Notes under the pieces: model-generated | Told to the model about the DNA's origin: nothing | What the model saw: the letters and a program-made list of their open reading frames with translations, nothing else | Database searches by the model: none | In this document: in pieces, positions 26,827 to 40,089 of the stretch | How positions within the stretch are numbered: position 1 is the first letter of the stretch | How the letters are laid out: every line of letters starts with the position of its first letter | Translations under genes and position numbers: made by a program | NCBI RefSeq assembly: GCF_009914755.1 | Contig: NC_060926.1 | Direction: 5' to 3' (one strand) | Length of the DNA: 64,000 nt | Source: the human T2T-CHM13v2.0 reference genome, Homo sapiens

Positions 26827-27933
26827 AAAATACATATTCAGTAGGTAAAAATACAAAAAATTACACATTTTTAAAAATAAAAGATGAAATAAAAATATTT
26901 TAAAATAGGGCTCATTCTCTTTTAAAATTGCATAACAATACAAAACAACTTTTGCTCTCATTAGAATATTTTTATTTCCAGTTCTCACAGAAAACAATGT
27001 TATTGAGTCTTAAATTATTTTTGAAAATTTTATTTTAACATTTAGTTATAGAGTAATATAACCATCCACTTTATCTACAACAAATGGCCTCATAAAAACA
27101 GTCAACTCATATGTGATCCAGTTATCACTATACCCATGAGAGGATAGTGAGCAAGTTCTCAGAATTTCAGTTTATTGACAGAGCCTGCTCAGAAAACAAA
27201 ATTTGAGTGCGGAGAGAGAAGTTATGGGTTGATAAGAAAACTTCCATCCTGAATTTGAGGACTGACAGGAGTGGTACAGAGCCAGAGATATGTAGTCAGA
27301 GAAGAGGCTTGCTATGTTACAGATGAGAGATGGCAAGAGCAGAGATCCAAAAGAAAAAAGAAAAAAAAAAACTTAGCTTTTGAGAAAAGAAAATAGTGAC
27401 AGAATTTTAGAAGAGATGGGATTGAGTTAAAAAGAGGTTTTCCTTATGGGTTGGCAAAACGGTAGTAGTGCCGACCATGACACTAAAGTGTAGATAAAAA
27501 GGATGATAGAGAACATATATTTATTATCATTGACAAAGAAAGGTAACCTATGCTATGAATTAATTGAAGATATATATTGCCACCTAAATAAGGTAAAAAC
27601 ATCATTAACAATAGTATTAAAACTTACATTCCATATAAAGAAACAAACGCAATTTATTTGGTCTAGTCAGATATGACTAAGGCTTATCATAAACTAACTC
27701 ATTCAAAAGTACGTATTAAGCATCTTTGAAGCCCTTTGCTAGGAACTAGGGACACAACGAGTAATAAGATCATTCCTGCTCACATAAAAGAAGTCGAGGA
27801 GACTGGAAGTAAATGTGTGATTACAGAGGAGTGAGATGAGTGCTAAAATAAATAAACATAGCATGTTGTTAGAACACAACACAAGGACCAAACCCATGTT
27901 GGAGATGTTAGAAAGGTCAGACTGAAAACTCAG

Positions 27934-28110
27934 TGTATTAATCTGTTTTTATGCTGCTGATAAAGACCTAATACCCGAGACTGGGTAATTTATAAAGAAA
28001 AAGAGATTTAATGGACTCACAGTCCCAAGTGGCTGGGGAGGCCTCACAATCACAGTGGAAGGTGAAAGGCATGTCTTACACAATGGCAGACGAAAGGAAA
28101 ATGAGAGCCA
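27934..28110 (-). mobile_element. THE1 (B/C-like) LTR, 3' half only
   Basis: tgtattaatctgtttttatgctgctgataaagac...ggctggggaggcctcacaatcac is the reverse complement of a THE1 LTR end. Confidence 0.8.
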
Positions 28111-29317
28111 TTATAAAATACTAGGAATTGTTTTATAAAATTGCTGCATGAAATAGGTAAACAGAATGGCTAATGAAATAGAAAATAACTTCTAATAGCA
28201 CAGTCAATGCCAGAGACCATGAATTTCTTGTAATGAAAATTGCATTATTGTGTCATTTTTTAGCAGTCATTAGAAGGTCATAAGTAGGACTAGAAAAGAA
28301 AATTTTTTCCGAGGAGATAGAAGAAGAATAAAAGGGAGCAAGTATTTTGTTGGTATTGGCAAGAGAATTATTAAGGATATGGACCATAGGTCTATGCTGA
28401 AGAAGGGAGAAAGTGAGAAGGGTTCTGATAGCCAGGAGACAGTAGGGGAACCAACATCTCAAAAGGTTTGAGTAGGTTTTTGTAGTAGAAATAATAAATG
28501 ATAATACATTTGCTGACCACTTAGTATATTCCAGTGGCTCTGCACTTACTCATAGCTAGTTCTGCTAGTCGTGAGTCTAAACTGACCAAAGGGGAAAAGT
28601 CACCTGCAACCTTCCAAAATGAACACATAAAATAATACATGCTGAATATCATGCATAGATGCAGTTGTATGTCATATGTTCTAGCTAAGTAACTCATGTT
28701 TTTCTCTCCTGGATCAGAAGAGAGATAGTATAGGACACTAAAGTGAGCTTTAATATTTAATCTAAAAAAGATAGGAATGTGTATTTCTTTATATTAGATG
28801 CAATCAAAAGTTTAAAGAACCTGAAGCAAATGTGTAGTAGGCTTATAACTGGACTACGTACCTTAACTACTACTTAGAAAACTAAAGCCTAATTTAATTA
28901 AGTAAGCTACTAAGGATCTGTTTAAAAAATTCAAAATTTAAATCCAAACCCAGGTCTGACTAATTTAAAAGTTTGCATTCTTAAGCGTGACACACTCTCC
29001 TTCTGTGTGAGAGAGTTGAAAGTATAGATATTTGTAGATATAGAGTATTTTATGACAGGAACTTAGAAGTGACATAATTATGGATAAGGAAAATTTCCAA
29101 GGTAGATCTTAGGAGTGCATAGCTGAAGTGGAGTTAAGGGACAGTTAACTGACATGCCTATAGTGCCTTAAGCATTGGATATTGATCTTATGTTAGAGGA
29201 TGGCAGAAGACGGTTCAGAGGGAAAAACTGTAGATAAATACCAAAGTCTTTAATGAGTGACCAAGAATGATCAAGAGGTCAGAAGATGTTATTAAAGCAA
29301 TGAGATGTGTAGTTAAC

Positions 29318-29387
29318 ATATATATATACACACACACACACACATATGTATATATACACACACACGCACACATATATATATATATAT
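29318..29387. repeat. Compound (TA)n/(CA)n microsatellite
   Basis: Read directly from the sequence. Confidence 0.9.
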
Positions 29388-30774
29388 GGCTCCAAGAAAA
29401 TTAAATGACAGAAGCTGGATTTGGAGAGTGGTGAGGATGCCTACCCTGCTCCCAATATTGAGTATTCTGGCTTGTAAGATAATGAATAACATTAATTAAA
29501 AGACCTACGAGGCAGTTTCTTTGAAACTATCTAAGATTCAGAGAAAACGGTGAGATTTAGAGAAGGATTTAAGAATTTTGTACCACAGAATAAGAATTTC
29601 AAAAGGCAAAAGAAAGAGTTTTAGGAAAATAGAACTATGGAAGTTGGTTCAGGAGAAAAGAAAGTGGTTGCAGTACAGAATATTGATTACTGAAAAAGCT
29701 AGAGTTTGGTGTAATAACTAAAGACAACAGGTATCTGAGGCATAAAAGGTTGTTGACCCCAGCAAACTTTCCCCAAACAAAAGACCCAACAGTTTCCTGG
29801 AGCATGGGCAGGACTTGTTCTTTTTGGGAGGAATCAGTCATCATAGATTAACTTCCAAGACAATCCAGCAGATGTCAGCAAGCACAGAATAGGATGTGTC
29901 CCCAGGGGTCCCACAGTCCTAGAACCCCTAGTAATCTGTTGGAGCAGAACTGACTCAAAATTACAAAAAAAAAAAAAAAAAGAAAAAAAAAGCTACTTTC
30001 AAGATTTTCTCACTAATATCAAAGACCTAAAAAGTTGCTTCTTCAAAATTTTTAGAGCTCTAATTTTAAAATTGTTTTTTAAAATTATAATTTATCTACA
30101 AAAACAGTTACCTTTAAGAAAAAATGGGTTATATTTAAATATTAGAATTTTGTTAGGGCACACCTACAAGCTGCACATTAATGAACTTAAAAATTACTCA
30201 TTTTTTTCTAGTTTTAAATCAAGTTTGAATAATTTCAAGGTCAGTAAATTATATTTATCTGTCGTAGAAGAGTCAAAAATGCTCTCAGTATTACATTAAA
30301 TAATATAATCTTAAATTACTATCACCAGAAAAGTATTTAACTCATACTATCAAGTAAAATTAATATGCATCACCAAATGCATTTTCATTAACTCTCTAGC
30401 TCCCTGGAGGGACACAAGGATCATCTCCATACTATTCTAGAAGTCACACAGTGGGTGTCATTTTAAATTAAGGATAATATGCATTTATGTACTACTAAGA
30501 AAGTGTAAAAAATACTGATGAAAAGTAATTATATTCTAAATGCATTTGAATTAACCCTCTATTTTTAACAAGGAACAAAAATGCAAAAATCTTATTTTAT
30601 GCTTGATTGAGCACAGTTTTACACCCTGCCGTTTTGAAACTGATCTTACTTCATCCCAAATAAGTAGATTCTCTGCAGAGGGATAAATGCCTTTTATTTT
30701 TTTGAAAGGAGAACAGAGACACCTACCATAAACAAGTCCCAAACCTAGTGTTAACTGACAGGATCCAGGCCACT

Positions 30775-31190
30775 GTGGCTGTGAAAATGGTTATCCTACA
30801 CTATTCTTTCACCTCTTCCTACATATATGGCCACCTAGAGTTAAGACTATAATTCTCAGCAGGTGTGCCTCTATATGATTAAGTTCTCCCAATGGAATGT
30901 GAAGAGAAATGATATAAGCAACTTACAGATATGTTCTTAAAGGAAGGAAAAGGTGACTCTTTCCTCCTCCTTCCACTAACTTGCTGCTTTAAACTTGGAT
31001 ATGATAGGGAGCCATGTTGGAACATGCAGACAAGCATAACATTCCAAGGATAGAAGAGCAACAACCAGAAGGAGCCTAAGTCCCTGGACCTCGTGGAGCA
31101 GATCTGCAATACCAGGACCTTCTGCTTATAAAGTGTTATGTGAGAATAAAACAAATTTTCCTATTGCAGATGAAACTATGTCCTAACCAA
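30775..31190 (+). mobile_element. MLT1 (J-like) MaLR solo LTR
   Basis: caatggaatgtgaagagaaatgat...agcaacaaccagaaggagcctaagtccctg motifs resemble MLT1J. Boundaries are approximate. Confidence 0.6.
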
Positions 31191-34097
31191 AATTGCTACC
31201 ATATTCTCTAAATTCACTGTTGTATGACATTGGTGACTTATGTGCTTGGCATGAATGGTAACTTCAGAAGCAAAGCCATTTCTTTTTTTTTGTAGTTCTA
31301 GATGGTATAAAACATCCCTCTGACTTACTAAGGGAGAAGTAGTGTATAAAATACCCATTACCTCTATACAGAACAACTCTAGAATAAAGCAAATCCAAAT
31401 AAATGACCCAGTCCCTAAATTTGGAAGAATGTTATATAATTTTCATCTTCACAATAAACACATTTTTGGTATGAGCAAATTCTTTCAGGCATCAAAAACT
31501 ATCATCTATCAAATCAGGTAGTATGTCAGAGATTGTTAATATTCAATAAATAGGAGGATTCTTCCAAAATGGTGGTGTAAAAGCAATCTGGCTTCCCTCC
31601 CCCACCCCTATATAATTAAAAACAAATATAGAGCACTGAGATTATCACCTGCAATATTCCAGAATTCAAACATGAGGATGAGAGAGTTCCCAAGGCCACA
31701 AAGAAGTGAAAATACTTAGAGCATACGATAAGATAATTGGACTTTCATATTTACAATGTACTTCCTCTGAACCTTTTTGGCACCAAGTACATAAAAAATT
31801 CCCCCATGACTCATGGTTTCTGCACTGGAAAAAATGAGATTTCGGTGAACAACCAGCCTCCTTGGGTTCCCTGCTTCAACCTAAAGGAAGCATCATGAGT
31901 GCCTAAAGGGAGAAATATCCCTGAGGACATCCAGAGACAAAAGGGGGAAGTGAGACTACTATCCCCAGCCCTGGAAACTCTGTTCTGTAACTCAGCCAAA
32001 GAGGGTGCCAAATCAGAGTGGCTGTTCAGAAGGGTCATGCTGTAAGGGGTACATTCCATAGGTCCCTTGGGCAGAAATACCTTGGCATCCTTCCTACACT
32101 GTTGGAAGGACCTTTAGGACCTCCCCCATTTGAGATGGGCAGCACTCTGATAATTTACTAGAGCCATAGCAAACCTAAGCTTAAAGCATCATCTAGTGTC
32201 AAAAAGGAGGGAGAGATCTAGCTGGGGTGAGGGGGAGGAACACAGAAATTCAACAGATAGGTAATAAAGTTTCTCTATGCGAAACATCCAATAAAAAACA
32301 AAACATAGCAGACAGAGAAGACTAAAATAGGTAACTAATTCTTTGATGCAAAGACACAGATGTACATTCACGAAAAATAACAGCAGAGAATGGACAAAAC
32401 AAGGAAGCAGTGACTGACCCCAATGAGATGGTAATGTGTGAGCTATCTGATCAAGAATTCAAAATAGCAGTTTCAAGGAAACTCAGTGATTTCCAAGACA
32501 ACACAAAAAAGTAATTTAGAAATTTATTAGAGAAATTTAACAAAGAGATTGAAATAATTTTTGAAAATCAAAGAGAAATCTTGGAACTGAGAAATACATT
32601 TGCTGCACTTCTTTAGAGAGTCTCAGCTGCAGAATGGATCAAGCAGAGGAAAGAATCAGTGAGATCAAAGACAGGCTATTGGAAAATACACAGGAGAAAA
32701 AAATAATGAAAAGAAAAATCACCTACAAGACATAGAAAATTACTACCTCAGAAAGCCAATTCTAAGAATTACTGGTCTTCCAGAAGCAGTTGAGCAAGAA
32801 CAAGGGGTAGAAAGCTTATTCAAAAAATAATAATAGAACGCTTTCTAAAACTTAGGAAACAGATAAATATCCAGGTACAGGAAGATCAGAGAATACCAAA
32901 TGGATTCTAGCCAAATAAGACTACCACAAGGTATATAATAAACTCTCAAAGTTCAAGAAACAAGAAAGGATCCTGAAAGCAGCAAGAGAAAAGAAGCAAA
33001 TAACACACAAAGGAGCTCCAATTCATCTGGCAACAGACATCTCAATGAAAACCATACAGGCCAAGAGGGAATAATAATGACATTTTCAAAAAGTGCTGAA
33101 AGAAGAAAAAAAGTGCCATATAAAAATACTGTGCCCAGCAAAGCTATCCCTCCAACAAAAGCTGAGAAAATTCACCACCATGAGACCCATCTTAAAAGGA
33201 AGTTCTTAAGTATGAAAGAAAAAAAAGCCCACCAATGTGCAAAAACAAAATAAAACTAGTTGGAAGTCTAAAACTCACTGGTAAAACTAATCATAGACAA
33301 ACCGAGGATACTCGAATACTGTAATTTTGGTGTTCAACCCACTATTATAAAGCCTAAAAAAAAACTATCTAAAACAATCATAGCTAATGCAACCTATTAA
33401 AAGGTAAACAATATAAAGATGCACACATTGAGAAAACAAAAACCTAAAATGGTAGGGAGGATAGAGTTAACATGTAAAGATGGTTTTGGTTCTATTTTTA
33501 GTTTTTTCTTTGTTTGTGTCAAATCTTTCCTTTGTGATCTAAAATAAGTTTTTATGTATTTAAAAGAACTTGTTATATCTATACAATGTTTTTGTAAGCC
33601 TCATGGTAACTGCTATGCAAAAACCTAAAACAGATACATTAAAAGCAACAAATTAAAAATACTACCAGAGAAAATTGCTTAACAACAAAGACAATAAGAA
33701 AGGAAGAAAGGAAGAGATGAGTTACAAAACAACCTGAAAGCAAGCAACAAAACTGTAGTAGTGAGTCCTTACTGATCATTATTAACACGGAGTATAAATG
33801 GACTAAATTCTCCAATTAAAGGACATAAAGTGCCTGAATGGATAAAGAAGCATGAACCAACTCCATGCTGCCTACAAGAAACTCATTTCACCTATAAAGA
33901 CACACACAGACTGAAAGGGAAGAGATGGAAAAAGATATTCCATGTAAGTGAAAATCAAAAATGAGCAGGAGACGTTACACATCAGATGATAAAATACACT
34001 ACAAGTCAAGGACTATAAAAAGAGACAAAAAGGGTCACTATATAATGATAAAGGAGTAATTCAGCAAGAAGATATAACAATTAAAAACATCTCCACT

Positions 34098-34402
34098 GGC
34101 TGGGGGTGGTGGCTGATGCCTGTAATCCCAGCACTTTGGGAGGCTGAAGTGATTGGATCACTTGAGTCCAGGAGTTTGAGACCAGCCTGGCCAATATGGA
34201 GAACCCCTGTCTCTACTAAAAATACAAAAAGTTAGCCGAGTGTGGTGGTGTATGCCTGTATCCCAGCTATTCAAGAGGCTGAGGTGGCAGAATCACCTGA
34301 ACCCAGGAGGGAGAGGTTGTAGTGAGCCAAGATCATGCCACTGTACTCCAACGTGGGTGACAATGCAAGATCCTGTCTCAAAAAACACAAACAAAAACAA
34401 AA
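34098..34402 (+). mobile_element. Alu (old AluS/AluJ boundary type) nested in L1
   Basis: Full dimer. TSD core acatctccac at 34087-34096 and 34404-34413. Confidence 0.92.
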
Positions 34403-36249
34403 CACATCTCCACACCTAACACCAGAACACCCAAGCATATAAGGCAAACATTAATCTAATGGGAAAGATAGATTGCAGTACAATAATAATGGGGAACTTC
34501 AATACTCTACTCTCGGTAACAGATGGATCATCCAGACAAAAAAAAATCAGCAAATAAACACTGGAGTTATATTACACACCAGATGAAATAGACCTGACAT
34601 TTTCAGAACATTTCACCCAACTGCTGCAGATCACATGTTCTTTTCATAAGCCTATAGAATATTCTCCAGAATAGACCATTTCTAAGGCCACAGAAGAGTC
34701 TCAACAAATTCAAAAAAGTAGAAATTACATCAAGTTTCTTTTCCAACCATAATGGAGTAAAATTAGTTATCAGTAACAAAAGAACTAATATCACTGACAA
34801 ACATAGATGGAAAAATCCTCAACAAAATACTAACAAACTGATTTCAACAACGCATTTAAAAGATTATTCCCATGATCAAGGGGAATTCATACCAGGGATG
34901 CAAGGATGGCTCAAAATATGAAAATCAGATTAACAGAACCAAGAATAAAAACTGTACGATTATTTCAATAGAAGCTGAAAAAGCATTCAAAAATTTAACA
35001 TTCCTTTATGATAAAAACCTCAACATACTGAGTATAGAAGGAACATACCTCAAAATAATAGGGGCCATGTTTGACAAACACACAGCTAACATCATATTGA
35101 ACAGGAAAAGACTGAAAGTCTTTCCTCTAAGATCTGGAGCAAGACAAAGATGCCCACTTTCACCGCTTTTATTCAACATAATACTGGAAGTCCTGGCCAG
35201 AACAGTTAGGCAAGGAAAAGAAATAAAGACCATTTAAATTGTAAAGCAATAAGTAAAATTAACTTTATTAGTACATGACATGATCGAATATTTAGAAAAA
35301 CATAGATTCTACGAAAAAAACTGTTAGAACTGATAAATAAACACAGTAAAATTCCAAAATACAACTCAACATACAAAAAGTCAGTAACATTTATATATGC
35401 AAATAGTGAACAATATGAAAGACAAATTAAAAAACCATTTATAATAGCTACAAAGAATATAAAATACCTAGAAATTAATTTAACCAAAGAAGTGAAAGAT
35501 CAGTACAAGAATAACTATAAAACATTGATGAAATAAATTGAAGAGGACACATTGAAAGATATTCCATGCTCATGGATTGCAAGAACTAATATTCTTAAAA
35601 CGCCAACACTACCCAAAATACTTCCCAGGAAAAAATGGAGTGGGGCAAGTGTTGAAAAACTACCTGTTGGGTGCTACATTCACTATTTGGGTAACAGGTT
35701 CAATCGAAGCCCAAACGGCAGCATCACACAATATATCCATGTAACAAACCTGCACATGAGCCCTCTGAATCTTAAAAAAAAAATATGTATACAGAATAAA
35801 ATATTATTCAGCCTTTAAAAAGATTCAATGCAATCCTTATAATAATACCAATGAAATTTTCCATAGACAAAAAAAAAATCCTAAAATTTATATGGAACCA
35901 CAAAACATGCAGAATAGCCAAAAAAAAAAAAAAAAAAAAAAAACTGTGAGCAAAAAGAACAGAGCTGGAGGCATTACACTGTCTCACTTCAAAATATACT
36001 AGAAAGCTATAACAACCAAATTAGCATGGTACTGGCATAAAAACAAACACACGGATCAATAGAAAAAAATAGGTAACACAGATATAAATCCATGCATTTA
36101 CAGCCAATTCATTTTCAACAAAGGGGCCAAGAACATACAATGGGGAAAGAATAATCTTCAATAAATGGTGCTGGGAAAACTAAATAACCATATGCAGAAG
36201 AATAAAACTAGACCCCTATCTCTCACCATATACAAAAATTAACTCAACC

Positions 36250-37260
36250 TATACAATCGTAGAAGAAAACCTAGGAAATACTCTTCTGGTCATTAGCCCC
36301 GGCAGAAAAAAAGTATGACTAAGACCTCAAAAGCACATTCAACAAAAATGAAAACTGAAAATTGTGACCTAATTAAACTAAAAGCCTTCTACATAGCAAA
36401 ATAAACTATGAATAGAGTAAAAAGACAACCTATATAATGGGAGAAAAATGTTTGCAAACTGCATATGGCAAAGGGCTAATATCCAGAATCTAGAAGGATC
36501 TTAAATCAACAAGCAAAAAACAAGTTGTTAAAGTGCGTAAAGGACAAGAACAGACACTTCTCAAGAGAAGACATGCAAGTGGCCAACAAACCTATCAAAA
36601 AATGCTCAACATCATTAATCATCTTAGAAATGCAAATTAAAACAACAGTGAAATACCATCTTATGCCATCTAAACTGGCTATTACTAAAAAGTAAAAAAA
36701 AAAAAACAAACAGATGTTGGCAAGGTTGCAGAGAAAAGGGAATGCTAATACACTTTTGGTGGGAGTGTAAATCAGTTCAGCCACTGTGGAAAGCAGTTTG
36801 AAGATTTCTCAAAGAACTTAAAATGTAACTACCATTTGGCCCAGCAATCCCATTGTTGGGTATATACTCAAAGGAAAATAAATTATTCTGTCAAAAAGAC
36901 ACCTGCATGGGTATGTTTATTCTAACACTATTTACAATGGCAAAGAAATAAAATCAACTTAGGTCCCCAACGATGGTGGATTGGATAAAGAAAATGTGGT
37001 ACATATACATCCTGAAATACTACACAGCCATTAAAACGAATGAAATTATGTTTTCCAGCAATATGGATGCGGCTGGAGCCATTATCCTAAGTGAATTAAT
37101 GCACAAACAGAAAATGAAATGCCACATGTTCTCATTTGGAATAACGGATACTAGGGACCCCAAAAGAGAGGAAAGAGGGAGTGGGGCAAGCGTGCCACAG
37201 CATCATGCAATATATCCATGTAACAAACCTGCACATGAGCCCTCTGAATCTTAAAAAAAA
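36250..37260 (+). mobile_element. L1PB-like 3' end embedded within the L1MA-like element
   Basis: ORF2 C-terminal remnant and a PB/late-PA-type terminus (tatatccatgtaacaaacctgcacatg...) plus poly(A). The L1MA 3' sequence resumes after it. Confidence 0.6.
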
Positions 37261-37964
37261 TAATAACATGTATACACAATGAAATGTTATTCAGCTATTA
37301 AAAAGAATAAAATACTGTCATGTCCAGCAATATGAATGGAAGTGGAGGTAATTAAGTGAAATAAGCTAAGCACAGAAAGACAAATGTCACATGTTCTCAC
37401 TCATATATGGGAGCCAAAAAAAAAAAATAGGCTTCATAAAGACAGAAAGTAGATTGGTGGTTGCCAAAGGTTGGGAAATATAGGCGGGACAGAGGAAGGA
37501 AGACAGGTTTACTAATAAGTACAAATATACAGTTAGATAGAAGAAATAAGACCTTAGTCTTTGACAGATCAATAGGATGACTGTAGTTAACAATAATCTA
37601 TTGCACATTTCAAAATATTTAGAAGGGAATAATTCAAATGTTTCTAGCATAAAGAAAAAGTTAATGTTTAAAGAGACGGATATGTCAATTACCCAAATTT
37701 GAGTTGCACACATTACATGAATATAACAAAACATGTACCCCCAAAATATGTACATCTATTATGTATCAATACAAAATTAATATAAAGAATTCAACAAATA
37801 TGTATGTGTTTTTCCCTTTCCCAGCCACCCTTGCAGCTAGGTTTAAGACACGTGACTGGGTGTTGGAAAAAGCGTTCCCTTTTCCTCTGCCGTGGCAGGT
37901 TTGGAAGGCACAAGTTCTAAATAATTCATCTGTAAAATGGAGAAGGCCAATCACAGTGGATGCT

Positions 37965-38145
37965 GTAGTATGTCCCCAAGATTCCCTTGTTAGTGTTGGT
38001 GATAGCTTTCAGCTGAGTTGCTCCCTCAGCATTTCTCTTAGCAGAACAGAGCTGCTTTCCCAAGTATTACTCTTCCCCAGGGTTAGCAAACATCCAACAA
38101 CTGGTCAAAGTAAAGGTATACAAGCCTAGACCCTTTTTTCCTGAA
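37965..38145 (+). mobile_element. LTR16-like fragment
   Basis: gatagctttcagctgagttgctccctcagc...ggtcaaagtaaaggtatacaagcctag resembles LTR16A. Weak. Confidence 0.35.
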
Positions 38146-38247
38146 GTCAGATAACCCATATCATATGGAAGGAAGAGACTTAATCCTTTACCTCGTTTAC
38201 AGTGAAAATTCCAACCAGTCACTAAGCTTAGGTGATTGGTACTCTAA

Positions 38248-38280
38248 TCTCTCTCTCTCTCTCTCTCTCTCCAGCACCCC

Positions 38281-38315
<35 letters not shown>

Positions 38316-38477
38316 GTGTGGGTGTGTATAACAGATGACTATGGCTATTACAACTGCATATATATATATATATATACACACACACATATATACATACATA
38401 TATACACACACATGTATATACACGTTGATGTTTTGTGATACACACACACACACACACACACATATGTATATATGTAT
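38248..38477. repeat. Compound microsatellite (CT)n, (GT)n, (TA)n, (CA)n
   Basis: Read directly from the sequence. Contains a 25-bp non-repetitive insert (see findings). Confidence 0.92.
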
Positions 38478-40089
38478 GGCTATTGTGAATAGCGTACTAG
38501 ATATTTTTCTTGGACCTGGAATGTCAGGTTTTTTTTGCATATAGTCTACATGAAGTAGTTGGGGTGGGGACTTAAAAAGGGAGGAGAATAGAGAGCATTA
38601 TATTATTGTGAAAGCATTACAGGATACAGAGACATATCAAAAGTAGACTCTCAATTAGGGAAAAAGCAAAAGGATACGTCAACCAGTTAAATACATTTCC
38701 TTAAAACTTTTTCTTTGTTAAACCAAAATAAAATGAAAATGATTGGCATTAGATATCAATCAGATTATAGTAGACATCAGTTATAATTGATAACTGTCAG
38801 AAATTAACATAATTATTTGTATTATGTAAATATCTTTTTGTTATTTGCTTTCAGAATATCTCACAAGTGTTTCTTCAGTTGAAATTTATGCATTTATACC
38901 AAAAATAGCGAAGGTGACTTAAAGTTATAATTTCTTCATACTAACTTTATGGTTCTTGCGTAAAATCTTCATATCCTATTTCTTCAAAGATGGAAAAAAG
39001 ATTATGAAAGGCAACCAGTGAACTTTAAGATAATCCATGATCCTTCTGTACATGACAGTGTCATTTTTCACACAGTGTAATAATGTGTGAATTCTGCATT
39101 ATTCTTTTCATCACAAGTTTGTAATCGTTTCTCTGGAAAACAACAGCATAACTCATATTTTGCTACTAATGCTGTGAATGCATGGGATGACTGAAAGAAA
39201 TGTTTTGGTGAAAAATATAGTTTGTGGCATTCATGTACTCAACCAACATTAAAACTGTTTGAAGGATAAATAAAGGTTTGGGGAATAGTCACTTTTATAA
39301 GCTGTACATGTTTGATTGAATGATTCTGACATGCAGGGCTCTGAGTGAGTTGTGAGTCCCAGGGGAACAGCATGAGTTTTTTAAGCTGGGTGTTTAAACG
39401 TAAGTGATGTACAGTATTTATAACCACATAAATTCCTGTTATAAGAAGCGGCTCCAATGAGACTTACTCAAAGTGATAATATTTCATATAAGACAATATA
39501 AAATGTTTGAAAGGAGTTGGAATCAAAAGCTGAGCCAGAGAAAGTTTTTCTGAATTATCAGTTAGAAAATCAGAAGAATAAAAAAAAAGCGAATGGGAAT
39601 AAAAATTAAAGAGAAGATGAGGAAGAAAAAGAGAAAAGAACTGATACCCAAAAGCGGTTCAGTAAATGTTTGGTGAATTAACATGCTAAATCAGGGAGCG
39701 GGGGGAGCAAGAAACAGATCTGCCTCACAATTTAGCTGGAGTCAGTGGCCAAAATGACCTCCTTCGACTCATAGGATTCTGCCTTTCTACCCTGTACACA
39801 AATCTTTAGTTGTATATTGAGCCATTACCCAAATTTTTACCATTTTCCAGATCACTCACCCACAGCCTATACCTGATTCTGGAAGACCATAGAGATCATA
39901 ATTACTGGAAAGTACCTTAAGTCCTGTTTTCTTCATCCTGAGATAATGGTCATTCTAACTTTTATCACCATTGATTAATTTAGCCTGTTCCTGAATTTCA
40001 CATAAATAAAATAATAAGTATATGTTACATAGTATCTGGTGGGTTTTTTTCCCTTTCTCATCGTGTTGTTTTTGAAGTTCATCCAGCAG

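Larger units (their letters stand above)
31553..37790 (+). mobile_element. Old, near full-length LINE-1 (L1MA5-like) with internal deletions and nested insertions
   Basis: Old 5'UTR start, ORF1 remnants (~32340-33200), ORF2 EN remnants from ~33750, a jump from EN to RT at ~34785, and an L1MA-type 3'UTR at 37265-37790. Confidence 0.75.

Noticed and set aside
38197-38544. ORFs rich in CV/HT/YI repeats (also 57669-57884)
   Set aside because: These are translations of dinucleotide microsatellites.
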